A DNA stretch of 48,447 bases from Perkinsus olseni (GCA_013115125.1 JABANN010000237.1:1-48447); one strand, 5' to 3'. Positions 1-11,653 are shown, counted from the stretch's first letter. Notes: generated by a model from the letters alone, not told the origin. Numbers and translations: made by a program.

Positions 1-67
1 GTAGCTCAGTGGTTAGAGCGATGGTCTTATGAGCCATAGGTCGTGGGTTCGACCCCCGCCGGGACTA
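1..67 (+). tRNA. tRNA-Ile(UAU), copy 1 (first 6 nt lie outside the window)
   Basis: D-arm gctc-agtggtta-gagc; anticodon arm atggt-cTTATga-gccat; T-arm gtggg-ttcgacc-cccgc. Confidence 0.9.
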
Positions 68-175
68 TGGTATCAGCTAGGGTTTACATTCGAGGTGAAC
101 CAGAGTTGCCAACTCAAATGCTTGCTTGCCTGCATGCGCACTTTCGTAAAATTTTCATACCAGCGGAGCCTCGTC

Positions 176-248
176 GGTCCTGTAGCTCAGTGGTTAGAGC
201 GATGGTCTTATGAGCCATAGGTCGCGGGTTCGACCCCCGCCGAGACTA
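176..248 (+). tRNA. tRNA-Ile(UAU), copy 2 (variant with one acceptor-stem mismatch)
   Basis: Full 73-nt cloverleaf; the 3' acceptor strand is cgagact instead of cgggact. Confidence 0.85.
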
Positions 249-358
249 CGGTATTGGGTGGGCTCTATATTCGCTGTCAACCAGGGTTGCCAACTCAAAT
301 GCTTGCTCGCCTGCATGCACATCTTCCCGAAGTTTTCGTCCCACCCGCGCCATTCGTC

Positions 359-431
359 GGTCCTGTAGCTCAGTGGTTAGAGCGATGGTCTTATGAGCCA
401 TAGGTCGTGGGTTCGACCCCCGCCGGGACTA
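359..431 (+). tRNA. tRNA-Ile(UAU), copy 3
   Basis: Intact 73-nt cloverleaf, TAT anticodon, no intron. Confidence 0.93.
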
Positions 432-539
432 TGGTATTGGCAAGACTCTACATTCGCTGTCAACCAGAGTTGCCAACTCAAATGCTTGCTTGCCTGCATG
501 CGCACTTTCCTAAAATTTTCATACCAGCGGAGCCTCGTC

Positions 540-611
540 GGTCCTGTAGCTCAGTGGTTAGAGCGATGGTCTTATGAGCCATAGGTCGTGGGTTGACCCC
601 CGCCGGGACTA
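540..611 (+). tRNA. tRNA-Ile(UAU), copy 4, 1-nt deletion in the T-loop (possible pseudogene or sequencing error)
   Basis: Reads ggttgacc instead of ggttcgacc, damaging the B-box. Confidence 0.7.
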
Positions 612-721
612 CGGTATTGGGTGGACTCTACATTCGCTGTCAACCAGAGTTGCCAACTCAAATGCTTGCTCGCCTGCATGCACGCCTTCCCGAAGTTTTC
701 GTCCCACCCGCGCCATTCGTC

Positions 722-794
722 GGTCCTGTAGCTCAGTGGTTAGAGCGATGGTCTTATGAGCCATAGGTCGTGGGTTCGACCCCCGCCGGGACTA
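722..794 (+). tRNA. tRNA-Ile(UAU), copy 5
   Basis: Intact 73-nt cloverleaf. Confidence 0.93.
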
Positions 795-902
795 TGGTAT
801 CAGCTAGGGTCTACATTCGAGGTCAACCAGTGTTGCCAACTCAAATGCTTGCTTGCCTGCATGCGCACTTTCCTAAAATTTTCATACCAGCGGAGCCTCG
901 TC

Positions 903-963
903 GGTCATGTAGCTCAGTGGTTAGAGCGATGATCTTATGAGCCGTAGGTCGTGGGTTCGACCC
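903..963 (+). pseudogene. Degenerate, 3'-truncated tRNA-Ile copy at the array edge
   Basis: Substitutions (ggtcatg, atgat, gccgt); similarity stops abruptly after ttcgaccc, so the 3' acceptor strand is missing. Confidence 0.85.
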
Positions 964-1149
964 TGTACAGTAATGAACGTTATACTCCGAACCCATCAGT
1001 TTGCTCGTTGGCTCCTCTCAACCCAACAAACTCGCGATGATCAATAGAAAACATATCTTAACGTTACTAATCGAATGACCATATCGTTCACCACTCTTCT
1101 TCGGCAGCCAAGTCCAACCCCACGACGTCTGCGGCATCCTTACATCCCG

Positions 1150-1857
1150 CTAAGGTTCGTACCTGAACCAATCGCATCCCGCATGTTCCCAGCCTGACGC
1201 AGAGACCCCAGCAAAACGCCGGTACGGATCCTGCACTCCCACGGTTCGTAGTACCTGTATCAGCGTAAGGTCATGATCCAATTCGACCCCGTCTTTGTCC
1301 TTGCAAACATTCAAATTAGACTTGGAGCCGTACTTCACTAGTATCTCTCCGACAGTGGTATGTCCCTCTAGTCTGACAACCCTCGATTTCTCTCCAAACT
1401 TCAATTTAGCAGGATACACATCAAGTACGTCCTGCACTAGCGGAGGTGTACTAGTAGTAGGCTCTGGCGTGACGACAACCCCGGGTTTAGAGGTATGCAC
1501 GCTCGAGATAGTTTCCAGCGGCATTTCATCTGACGGGGGTAGATTGCACCTCTCCATGATTTGTATCAACGGATGCTTCGGCGTTGGAATCTCCGACGGA
1601 TCAATTCTGCTTCGAATTGTACCACGATTGTCACCCACATGCTCGAACTTGCACATGTCCCCATACCGGCACTTTCCTGTATCTCTCCACAGATGACACG
1701 TATTATCGCGACCCGGGGGACCCACGCCTGCACTCGCTTGAGGATTGGGCAGCAGCCTAGCCTCTGACTGTCCCCCAGACCGACTCCTCGTCCGCGACGG
1801 ATGGCGGCCACGGCGAGGCTCACTGTACGCGGAGGCATTATCTTCCGGATCAGACAT
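1150..1857 (-). CDS. CCCH zinc-finger protein with a possible C-terminal ubiquitin-like region
   Basis: ATG at 1857 (MSDPEDN); C-x8-C-x5-C-x3-H motif CHLWRDTGKCRYGDMCKFEH; Arg/Ser-rich N-terminus. The 3' end may be spliced further. Confidence 0.7.
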   Translation of the reverse strand: MSDPEDNASAYSEPRRGRHPSRTRSRSGGQSEARLLPNPQASAGVGPPGRDNTCHLWRDTGKCRYGDMCKFEHVGDNRGTIRSRIDPSEIPTPKHPLIQIMERCNLPPSDEMPLETISSVHTSKPGVVVTPEPTTSTPPLVQDVLDVYPAKLKFGEKSRVVRLEGHTTVGEILVKYGSKSNLNVCKDKDGVELDHDLTLIQVLRTVGVQDPYRRFAGVSASGWEHAGCDWFRYEP

Positions 1858-2090
1858 GCCAAAACACGTCCGGGCGTGACAGCAAACTATCAACCCACAA
1901 TCGTTCACCAACTTGACTGACTTGACTCCGTGACTGATTTCAGATTGAAAGCAGTTCCTCGAGTTGTAACATAGAGCGATAATACGACCATGCGCCACCC
2001 CCCAGCTTGAGTACTCAACAGGGACGCCAAGGAAGACCATTGAAACTAGTCCTACGAAGTTCTTCGGTGTGTCAGATCTCCAATATCGCC

Positions 2091-2912
2091 TCACATATCC
2101 AACTTCTGCTCCATCTGCTCATGAACAGATTTTCTGACACGCGGGAACGGGGAGTTCTGCGGGACTGAGAACAAAAGCATACAGGAATGCTCCAATAATC
2201 TCATTTGCTGCGCTTTCGAGCAGTGCCGTTCGTGAGTCCCCCAAGCGAAGGCTACAATTTCATACGCGTGAAATGAAAAATACAACCGTTGCCGGAGAAC
2301 GAGATGCAGCCATACCCACGTATAAGCAAGCGGAGACGCGCAAGTTCCCTCAAAGGCTCAGTGTTCAACCACAGCAGACGCTGCCGATGAACCTCCGAAT
2401 AGAAATAACCACTAATTTCGCATTGAAGCGCAGTCCCGTCAACCCCGTAGTACGGTTCATGTAATCAGCGGCCTCAATGGTATCATCCATACCCATGACG
2501 GTTTCGAGACCCAGCAGACTCGACCTAGAAGAAATTCCGCTGTTTATCTCAACGCTCAGAAGCGGATAAGCCCAACGTGAGCAACATAGAACATGTTTGT
2601 ATTACGGTCCGGCACCGGGCAGCCGGTGGAAAGTGCTGAGGAGGTTACGCTCCATAATCATCCTACTGGGCATGTTCATGCCGAACATGACCGAGGCTGA
2701 CTCCAGAGTGCGAGCCTGACATGAGATAGTTGAATTTCACACTGATTATGCGTGGCGCTATTGAGTACCTCCGAGTTGATAAGACTTTTCTTCTGCATCG
2801 CCTCCACGGGATGCCTCATTCCAACGCTCTCCTGAGCTGGACGCTCCCCATGCATCAACTGGTTGGGGAAGCAGTCATTCGATAGAGGAGGAAGGGAGTT
2901 GGACATGTCCAT
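2091..2912 (-). CDS. UMP1: Proteasome maturation factor UMP1/POMP (multi-exon; an extra 5' exon from the ATG at 3138 is possible)
   Basis: Spliced translation HPVEAMQKKSLINSE|ARTLESASVMFGMNMPSRMIMERNLLSTFHRLPGAGP|SSLLGLETVMGMDDTIEAADYMN|LPQ...VHEQMEQKLDM* follows the UMP1 pattern (HP.E, G..AP....ME, RLP, L..E...G.D.TI, H..ME.KL). Confidence 0.88.
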
Positions 2913-3513
2913 ATTCTTAAACACAAAACTCTGCACTTTTCATCACACGTGCAGTCGGAGCTCGATCCACAGAAGGCGCGGGAGACCAGAAATAGTGGTA
3001 GTACAGTTCACGGGAAAGAAGCGGGCCGGGGCTCAGCTTGAAGATTCTCTACACCTTCGCCATTGCCCTCGCGCGGAGGCTCGATGTCGATTCTACATCA
3101 GGGCGAGCGCGATTGAGTGAGTAAGTAGCGCTCGCCATGGTGATCGATACCCAACACGCCCATCATCGAATAACGCGCTTCCGAAACTCAACTCAGAGAT
3201 GTGCAGTTCGGCAGTCCTTCCCGGAAATGTGACATCACAGAACAGTCGCGAGAATATTAATGAAACAGTTAACGTTACGCGGATAATCCGTACTCAGCAT
3301 TATCGAGGAAATCAACCTGCTTTCCGACCGCCTCCTCGCCTTGGCCGTTTCGTGGTCATCTCAGCTTCAGGCTCGTCATAGGTCTCTTCCTCCTCTGGGA
3401 TAGCTGCGAGTCTGCCTCTTCTCGGTTTCGCCTTCGATTTCGCGGCAGCAGCGAATGCCGGACGTTTTCTGAAGACCGACCTCAAGCTGGCTCACATGTC
3501 CAGCCCAAAAAGC

Positions 3514-5010
3514 GGGTCTCTGCGTCTTACCGAGTCTTCGTAGGAGTAGCTTCCGACGTAGCGCTGTGTGATGCGGAAGATCGACTTTTCCTACCACGAC
3601 GGCCAGTGTGAACCCGACGTTCTGAAGATACCCCGGTCTTTTACCTTTGTTTCTCCGGGGAGGGGATCGACGAGGACGCAGCGGAGCTATCTGTTCGGGA
3701 CTTCGCCTGAAGGCGCCTGAAAACAGCTAGAGCTGGAGGCTAAGGGCAACGTCAATAGTTCTACGCTGAGTGCCTGACCCGCGTAGGGCCTTCTGGGGGC
3801 TTCTTCGAATCACCGTGAGCGGAGGAGGATGCCTACAATGAGTGAAGTTTCAAGCTGCAAGCAAGGAGGCAATACCCCTACCATGCTCTCATTATCTTCA
3901 TTCTCTACTGGACGGAATATAGGTGGATCAATCGATGGTGGAACGTGTAAGTCACGAGACTTCATTGACCTGCCCTGAGGGCTCCCTCCCAGAGCCCTTT
4001 CTTGGGTGGCCCGGGCGTGATCTTCGCCTAGAGCCTCTAGGAGTGCAGTGGCAGCCTCAACGTGATCGCCTAAAGTGAGAGGAATACGCCGACGCAGTAC
4101 ACTCTGTGACTCACCAGCAGACTTTCCCGCCTCCAATGCATGCGCTACAGCCCGTTCACCACTCACTGAGCATCGAGGAGGATAATCTCATGGCAGCATG
4201 AAGAGTGGATGAGAATACCTTGCGAGTGGATCCTGTACTTTGCTGCAATAGCGCTCGCTCTCGTCGTCCGTCGCGTGGTTGGTGAACGCGAGATCTGCGT
4301 CAGCCGTCCTTCACTACGCTGAAGATGGATGGAGTAACAACAAAGCGACTTGGACAGCACTCAGCCCACCTTCTGAGCGGGCCTAGGAGCCGGGGTGACA
4401 GGTAGAGATTGCATACTCGATACCGGTGTCGAAGACAAATCCTCCACTGCTGAGCCTGAAACACCGGTATCAGATGGAGGCGTCCACCCATGCTACTCGA
4501 CCGGGAGCGGTGCGAAGGGATGCTGTTCCACTGAGAATTTCCGGACAGAGGACTGCTTCTCCCTCTCATAATCGCTGCTCCGAGCACATACTTAGATTGC
4601 ACGATCCAGCAATACGATTCAAGTCTCTCCAGCTGCTCCCGGACGAAATCGTCGACCACGTCCACGCGGCGTCAGCTACGAGAGCCTACCTTCATCGGCC
4701 GCCGCACTGGGAGACCCTGTTGGGCTCGCTGGGGAACTAACATCACCGCTCGACACCGTCTCGGGTGTCGACTCTCTCGCCGATGGCTCTACCGCCAAGC
4801 TGACGGATTCAACGACCTCATCAGCTGGACAGCTCTCCCTCGGACTTGGCGTTCGGCGCCCCGGGCTAGTCTTAGTCGGGGAGCTTTTCTTCTGAGCACC
4901 ACCGCATACTCGCACCACTCTCGCGGACCTCGACTTACCACGCCCATAGCGCCTTTCTCTGCTGAGGTGGGTGCGGTATCAGAAGGCGTGTGAAAGTGGT
5001 ATGGACGGGC
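3514..5010 (-). CDS. Further Ser/Pro/Arg-rich exons, probably the continuation of the 6767 gene (or a separate unknown gene); model incomplete
   Basis: Several open segments bounded by roughly 50-nt GT-AG introns (GAMGV|KKSSPTK; PAQK|RSEGRL; IHSQ|VSGER). Not every junction could be resolved. Confidence 0.4.
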
Positions 5011-5080
5011 TGAGAGGGAGTGACTAATCCATCACCTTAGTAACAGATTAAACGCGCTCGAGCAGTGATCAGACGGGCTC

Positions 5081-6767
5081 CTAGTAAATTGATCCCCCAG
5101 GATGATTTAGCATCTTACTGAAAGAAGCGACTTCATCATGTATCCTATGCATTGCCGCGATCGCTGCTCGCCGGAGCGGCCGCCCGGATGCTGGCTCTGT
5201 AATCGGCTCAATTTCTTCTACGTCCTCTTCGACGCCTTCAGGAGTGGCGATCCCTTCATCATCATCGTGGACATCTGCAAGGACGACTGTGAATAGACAC
5301 CCTATAAGAACAGCCCGAGCTCATACCTGTAAGCTCCTCAGCCGTCTCCCTCTCCTGATGCTCATCAACATTGGATCCCTCACTCTCCTCTTCAGCAGTC
5401 GGTGCAGTTAGCGGATGCTCGACATCACCCATATCGCTCTCATGCGTTCCGTCATGCCAATCAGATTCCGATTGAGAGTGCTCATCTAGATGCTGCGCCT
5501 CTTCCCGTGTGGAGCCCAGTTCGTGGTCGGAGTCAACCGGTCCACTGCCGAGAGGACTCTCAACCTCCTCAACTTCATCATCAGGCGAGAACTCCGCCGA
5601 TTCAGATACGGCCTCGCTGACCTCAGAGTCCTCAGCACCTTCGTAACCGAGGAGAGAGTCGGCCGTAGGCGTCTTGGCCTCCTCTTCGTCCTCTCCTTCA
5701 CTCGCTACGCCTTCGACTTCCGGCTGCTGTTCAATATCGCTCTCATGCGAAGAAGTTTCTTCCATCTCAACATCCTGCATTTCCTGTTCATCCTGAGCGT
5801 CCTCAACTCCGCCGAAATGCTCGGGTTCCTCTTCGGTGACCGGCGCCTCAACCTCTCGTATCGACACTTCCTCGTCAGTCGATCTCGTTGAAGATTCTTC
5901 GAAGACATCCCCCAGCGCATCGACCGCTTCTCCAATCCCCGCACTCTCCTCACTGTGCTCCCCCTCCTCTGATTCAGAGCTCCCTACCGGTGTGCTCGCT
6001 TCTGAGGCCTCAGACCCGAGAGAGACGACTGAAGGTGAGGACTCAGACGACCGCGATGACGCTGCCGATTCTGGTGCGTGAACCTAGTGGCAGCAGTGAC
6101 GTATCCTGGGCGAGAAGGACCAGCATCGGATCTCACCTCAGCATCGCTCCCCTCCTCTTCGTCCTCCTCCCCCGCCTCGATTTGCTCCGGCGGGGGTCGA
6201 GTCTCCGCATCCGCAGGGAGCACTCCTAGGAACGAAGGTCTGGTGACCTGGCTCCGGGGAGACTCGAAGCCAGCATCATCTCCATCGCTTTTTACTGATG
6301 CAGTAGTGCTCCGCGGTGCTCCAACCGAGAGTGCCTGCAGGAGTGCCCGTGGGCCCACCGGTAACGGCCAGAGTCGAGAACCTTACCTGCGCCGCCTCGT
6401 CGGACTGCTCAGGCTCCTCCAGTGCGGAGACCTCGGAGCATAGACTACTCGTCCTACGCCGTTTCCTCATGGGTGCCTCATCCACCTCGTCAATCACTTC
6501 TTCCACTCCGGAGCCCGCGGACGCAGGGCTGAGTTCTTCCGAGGGCCGCCCTCTCTTCAGAGTTGATCGACACGGCCCGTCCTTCATGACCGATAGGATG
6601 TAATACGGCCGTATCGATAGCGGAATGTGGTCGAAGTCGCCGCTGTTGTACAAGCGCAGATACTCCGGGTCCCGGCGAGGGGCTCCATGGAGACCATTAA
6701 CATACGTGAAGCCCGGACCGAAGGGCTTGGATCGGTCTAATCTACAACTAGTGCGGGACGATGTCAT
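5081..6767 (-). CDS. Acidic Glu/Ser-rich low-complexity protein with a basic NLS-like segment (MRKRRR); function unknown
   Basis: ATG at 6767. GT-AG introns at 6335-6386, 6084-6136 and 5275-5326 join the listed ORFs into one open frame. Confidence 0.7.
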
Positions 6768-6932
6768 GGTTCCATATCATGAACGAAAACCTGATGGAAT
6801 ACACACTAACGGGAAGTCCAGAAACACAAGATACTCAACCGAACAATCATCAATGCCAAGCAGTCGTTACAAGTGTACAAGGGTCCAAAGAAGAGCGGTT
6901 TTGATACAGGAGGCAACGAGTGCCCATAGGTG

Positions 6933-8884
6933 TCATCGACGAGGATTCGATCTCAGACGTGTGGCGGGCGGAGTCTCTTCTGCGCTCGTCTCTGACGTTT
7001 CCGCCGTCATAGTTGTTGCAACGAGATGGGATGCGCAGGATAGAAGCTCGGCCTCGCGCAACCTCTTCCGGGTCTCTTTGTCGCGACCTTCTGCCTGCTC
7101 CACTGGCCGCCCCTCCAATGCCGCCTCTAGAATGCCTCTCGGGTCCGATGCAAAGGCCTTCATGAAATCTAGCCGGTCAGCCGCTACAACGAGCTGAGCC
7201 AGGCGACAGAGTGCAACCAACAGGAATTCACACGAGCTCTCTTGTGCCTACGTTGTTACAACTGCTCTTGAGTGCAGACAAGGCATCGGTCTTGAGGTCC
7301 GGGAACGGAGTCAGCCTTCGCGATGTCGGCTCACTACCTACACCCACATGGTCACTGAGGGAAACCTGCGAACGGCTTCGGTTTTATCACAAGTTATATT
7401 CTGCAGCGGTGTGTCACAATAAGCAAGATCCACAGGTATCGTGTAGACCATCTCAGAAGCCGTTGGGTCGAACTGGTCGAAACTGGGCAGAGTACAGGTC
7501 TCGTCCACGAGTGAGCCGCGCAGGCAGCAGCTCACTTTAGTCTATGCTTGATAACCACAGGGCCCGGAGACTTGCACATCCGCGACGCCGCGTCATAGAG
7601 CTCTTCCACAGTCCGCACTGGCGCTGGTCCAGTCGTCATCAGGTCCTCGGGAAAAAGATGCTGAATGAAGGTAGCCCATTGAAGGAGAACATCACCAGTC
7701 GTCACCAGGCCCCATTGGAACATGCCTCACCGCTGTAAGAAGTCCATCCGGCTTGAATTTGACGTCTCCAGCATCACTCTCGATGACGAGGTTCTCTCGT
7801 CGAATGTAGCCCCATAGCGATCGGATCTGAGCCGAACGACTCGTGTGCGCGTGCAGGGTTAGCAACCCGCTGCTGCTGCCTACCAGCGTCGGCATCGTTA
7901 TCCGACGCCTACCAGTGACGACCTTCTCTATCTCCGGCGGTACTTCCACCATTGATCCCCGGGAGTCCCGCATGAAGAAAACCAACTTGAGAACGAGCTC
8001 CTGAAGACAGTGCTGACTGCGTGTTCATCATACCGAGTACACCAAGTCGCGACTCTTACTCTCGTGCCTTCCTGGCTCAACTGAACTCCATCGTATCGGG
8101 CCCCGGGCATTCTTTCCCACACAGTAGGGCTCTTGTGTTTAGAAGTGTCATCAGATAATCCCAGAATGAGGAGTCTCTCGACCACGTCCGAGAACTTGAC
8201 AGCATTGACGGTCCCCACGCTGTATCCCTCATCCGATACTACGTCTCCCTAAAACAGCATATCGATCGTCTGTAGAGCAGCTGACACTGAATGTGCCACG
8301 AAGATACCATGACAGCGAGTGATTGGCCACGATGCTCGCAGACCGATCGAAGCCATACCTTTATGAAAAGCGTCCATCGCCCGCATGACAACTCCTTCGA
8401 CCAATCAACGTGGTGTTGAGGGACAGCCTCGGACCATGCCCATCGCTCAGCTGCATCCTCTGGGTACAGCTTCCCATCAGTGGTATTCCAAATGTGCAGT
8501 CGGAGTATCGGGTTCCGTGGGGCCTGAGCTGAGAGAGTAACCCAATCGGAGCCATCCTTAAACGGACCCAGTTACCTGGCCCCTCACTCCAGTCCATGCC
8601 ACACTGCGACCAGTTCCCATCTCTACGGTGTTCCGGTAGAGTGCTTGCCTGTCACCCACCGCTGTGGCAAGCTCGGCATCAGCATTCACCACTGCTCGAT
8701 ACGCCTCCAAGAAACCATTCGTAGAGGAAGTTGATGGCAGTGTCTCCGCCTGAGAACCAAACGGCTTCTGCAGGTACTTAATGGTTCTCTACGAGTAGAC
8801 GCTCCTCAGCGAGAATGGAGAGCCCGACGTTACGGCTTGCAGCACTGCGTTATCCACCGCACCCACAGCATCGACGGCTGACAT
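6933..8884 (-). CDS. SWI/SNF chromatin-remodelling subunit BAF60/SMARCD/SWP73 homolog (SWIB domain), about 9 exons
   Basis: Spliced protein has LRLHIWNT, WTLFIKG, KFSDVVERLLI, WERMPG..YDGVQL, the SWIB-like QIRSLWGYIRRENL, PGPVVIKH, YTIPVD and RLDFMKAFASDPRG in the same order as BAF60 blocks. Apparent stops fall in GT-AG introns (for example 8789-8833). Confidence 0.85.
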
Positions 8885-9171
8885 CGACTAACCGGAGGGA
8901 AGCCACTAAGACGACAACTTGCGCAAGACTGAGCAAACCGCATAGCGACCCCCGATAGAACGACGAGCCGGCAATCAAGGAAACACTGTAACGAATCACG
9001 AACGACGAGAGTCGATGAGAGTCGCCGAGACTAGGCGGGAAAACAGTAACCTCGGCGAGCTCATGTGCATCATCGGCTCGGTTACGAAACGCCGGTGAAG
9101 GAATGGCAATTGTTCACTGATAGATACATGGTACATTCATGTGGAGAGACAGATTGAATCGTACGCTCGGA

Positions 9172-11012
9172 CTATTCCCTGGACTCCAACTCTGCGGTGC
9201 TTGGGTTCACCAACTCGCTTACGATGACCGCTGTTCCATGAGGACCAACGGCCAGCCACCGAGCCGCACCACGAGGAAAGTTCTTAGTCACATCAAGGGG
9301 AGGTATAACCACATCCCTGTGACGTCTGGTTGTGGAAACCTAATACAACCATCATGACTTCCAGGCCATGATTCTAAATTGGAGAATGGCCAGAATCAGA
9401 GGGCTCGCAAGAGAAAGCTCGAAACTGATAAAAGAGAAGAGTGAGCCAGGGATGGGACGGCGAAAACAGAAGGAAATTGATACCCGTCGTGACTCACCTT
9501 TCCAGCTGTGTTCTCCCCCCAGGTATATATACCCCAATCCCTGACAGGCCCCTCGTCAGGACCGCCAAGAGTATGGCCGACCCTCCGAACCCACGCCGCA
9601 CAGTGGCCACTGCTGCACCGCAGCATTTGGACTTGGATCCGCTTAGGGAGTCGGACCCGCATAAACGTCTGTTGCGGATACTAAGGACTGAAGGTCGTAG
9701 GCTGCTAAAAATGTTCCAGTCTCACCTGCAAACTCCTCCCACACTGGCCTCTCTCGTTGTCCCCACAGGCATACACGGCGTCCTGATGCTCATCGTGCGG
9801 TATGTGGTCGTAAGGGGTGTCGTTGATAACAAGGAATGATGTACTAGGACCAGCGAAGATCCCTTCAGGGGCAAGGCCAGATTTCTGAAACCGCTAATCT
9901 CTTCAACTCAGCTCAAGGCGATGAGACTATGAGGTGGAGGCTGGCTAGGGTCCCACATTAGTGGCTAGCTCCTGCGTGTGCTGCTGGTCAAAGTCCGTAG
10001 GAACATCAGCAATCTTGGTGGGTGTGAACCTCAAGTGGGTCTCGAACGGCTCGTATGTTACCAGAGGCCGGGAGGCTGATGTCCCAGAGGGCGGCTTCTT
10101 TTCTTTCATGCTCTCCCCGGGGAGCTTTGACGACGCATTGCTCGGGGCCCACCTGTCCATGATAAAAAAGGGCATCATTCGACGACGAAGGCTGAAGAGC
10201 AGCTACGATGCCTACCTCGTGTCCCCATGGCCGAGCTGCAGGAGGGTGTCATCTCCCCACGTCCAAACCTCGCCATTGTCATCCAACACTATGGTATGGT
10301 AGTCGCCGGCTGCTATCTTCACACCCCTCGGCTCTCGAACGTACCGTCCCTTCTTACCGAGAACAACCCTCGCAGCCCCTCCGAGCATCGCCTGGATAGA
10401 AGGGTCCGCCCCACACTGCCCTCTAGTGTTGTCACCAAAACACCACACCCCGCCCTCCTGATCGAGGCCTACAAAGTGAGCAGCACTCACAGCTATCTCC
10501 GAGAATCTGATTCCCTCCGGAAACCCTGGGCACATGCTTATCGAGTTCCTGGCACCCGTGGCGACAACATTCTGTACGACGTATACTCGGCCGTCGTCCC
10601 CTAGGAGCCACAGTGATGTCTTTGAGGACTGAATATCGACTGCCCGTACCCCTCGAGGCAGCGGAATAGGTTTCGACACTGCGGCGCTGTTGCCATTCTT
10701 CCCAATACCATTACGCTTCCTCCACAGCCAGGCCTTGCCGTCCTCCGTCACAGCCCCGCCGAATCCGTCGCCCAAAGTCACACGAGCCCATCTCTCATCC
10801 GGCAAGAACGATAATCGCTGTGCTCCTCGCCTAGTTCGCTCGAGTTCAGGCCCGACCGACCCCATAGCAAAAATCGAAACCCGTCTCCCCTGCCGCCAGT
10901 CCTTCGAGCTCTCGCATCGTGAGAACTGCCGGTGATTGGCAGAGAGAATGCCGAGCGTGAGGACGCTAAAGGGTGCCATCCTCCGCCATGTGCCGACGAA
11001 GAGCCTATGCAT
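9172..11012 (-). CDS. RCC1-repeat protein, probably mitochondrial RCC1L/WBSCR16-like
   Basis: Repeats VWCFGDNTRGQCG, IAAGDYHT..LDDNGEVWTWGDD..LQLG, VYACGDNERGQCG, IYTWGEN. Arg-rich, acid-poor N-terminus resembles a mitochondrial presequence. Stop at 9172 after splicing. Confidence 0.85.
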
Positions 11013-11157
11013 ACATCAAGACAAGAACTGAGAAGCTGCCACCTGCGCAATAAAACACGGGCAATGTCGGTCGAATAACCACTCGTCGTTCCGATGCACT
11101 TCTGCACTCAACTCGGTGACCAGCACACGGAAACTGCAATCTTCTGCGCATGCGAGG

Positions 11158-11653
11158 TCACAGCTTCTTACCGAAGTTGACGATCTCCTTCTCCACCTCC
11201 TCTCTGGCGGCCATGACACCTTCGAACTCCTCGCGGTTGAGAGTGAGGATCGGCTTATGTCTATCACCTTGTGTGATCATAAGAACTGTGGAACGCTTCC
11301 TGATGACGAAGAAAGGCAGAACGGTAGGAGCGGTAGAACCCCACCTCCCACACGTGTGCCGCGAATTGTAAACAAAAAGCTTCCTATTCAGCTCCGATGG
11401 CAGTTGCAAATCTCCAGCCCTATTGCCCGGAGGCCAGTGTTCTTGAGAATCTGTCCCCGGAGACCATAGCAGACTAGCGGATCGTCTGGCCCACTCATCA
11501 CCTTTCCCTCGTAGCTTCTCCGTGTCTCCCAGAGGAGCGGCCTTCTTAAATATGAAGGTCCGTTTCTTCTCGAAACAGAATGATCTGCTGACCACTGTCC
11601 CCCAATAGTATGCCCTACTGGAAGCCTCAGAAAGGACCACCCTGGTCGGCCAT
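11158..11653 (-). CDS. Small spliced hypothetical protein; C-terminal helix weakly resembles PC4-type ssDNA-binding proteins
   Basis: Open frame with intron-like inserts; C-terminus PILTLNREEFEGVMAAREEVEKEI. Confidence 0.4.

Larger units (their letters stand above)
1..963 (+). repeat. Tandem array of tRNA-Ile(UAU) genes, about 181-183 bp unit, with alternating spacer types (about 363 bp higher-order unit); begins before the window start
   Basis: Six near-identical tRNA copies start at <1, 176, 359, 540, 722 and 903. Spacers alternate between type A (ending ttttcataccagcggagcctcgtc) and type B (ending ttttcgtcccacccgcgccattcgtc). Confidence 0.95.

Noticed and set aside
29-759. Repeated 61-63 aa ORFs (MSHRSWV...)
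   Set aside because: Artefacts of translating the tRNA array.
1-963. CRISPR-like repeat-spacer array or spliced-leader RNA array
   Set aside because: The repeats are tRNAs, the spacers are homologous to each other, and no spliced-leader sequence (CCGTAGCCAT...GGCTCAAG) is present.
1858-2094. N-terminal extension of the 314-aa ORF
   Set aside because: It starts at GTG overlapping the UMP1 stop and reads like UTR; the first convincing ATG is at 1857.
3200-8884. Decayed retroelement, pseudogene or stop-codon reassignment suggested by in-frame TAG/TGA and frame changes
   Set aside because: Nearly all the stops and shifts I examined lie within short GT-AG introns. Splicing gives an intact BAF60 gene and an acidic protein, and no RT, integrase or gag motifs are present.
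11016-11157. Upstream gene ending 3 nt before the RCC1-like ATG
   Set aside because: The main frame already stops at 11158; the pyrimidine-rich AGs here are as well explained as 5' UTR or trans-splice acceptors.
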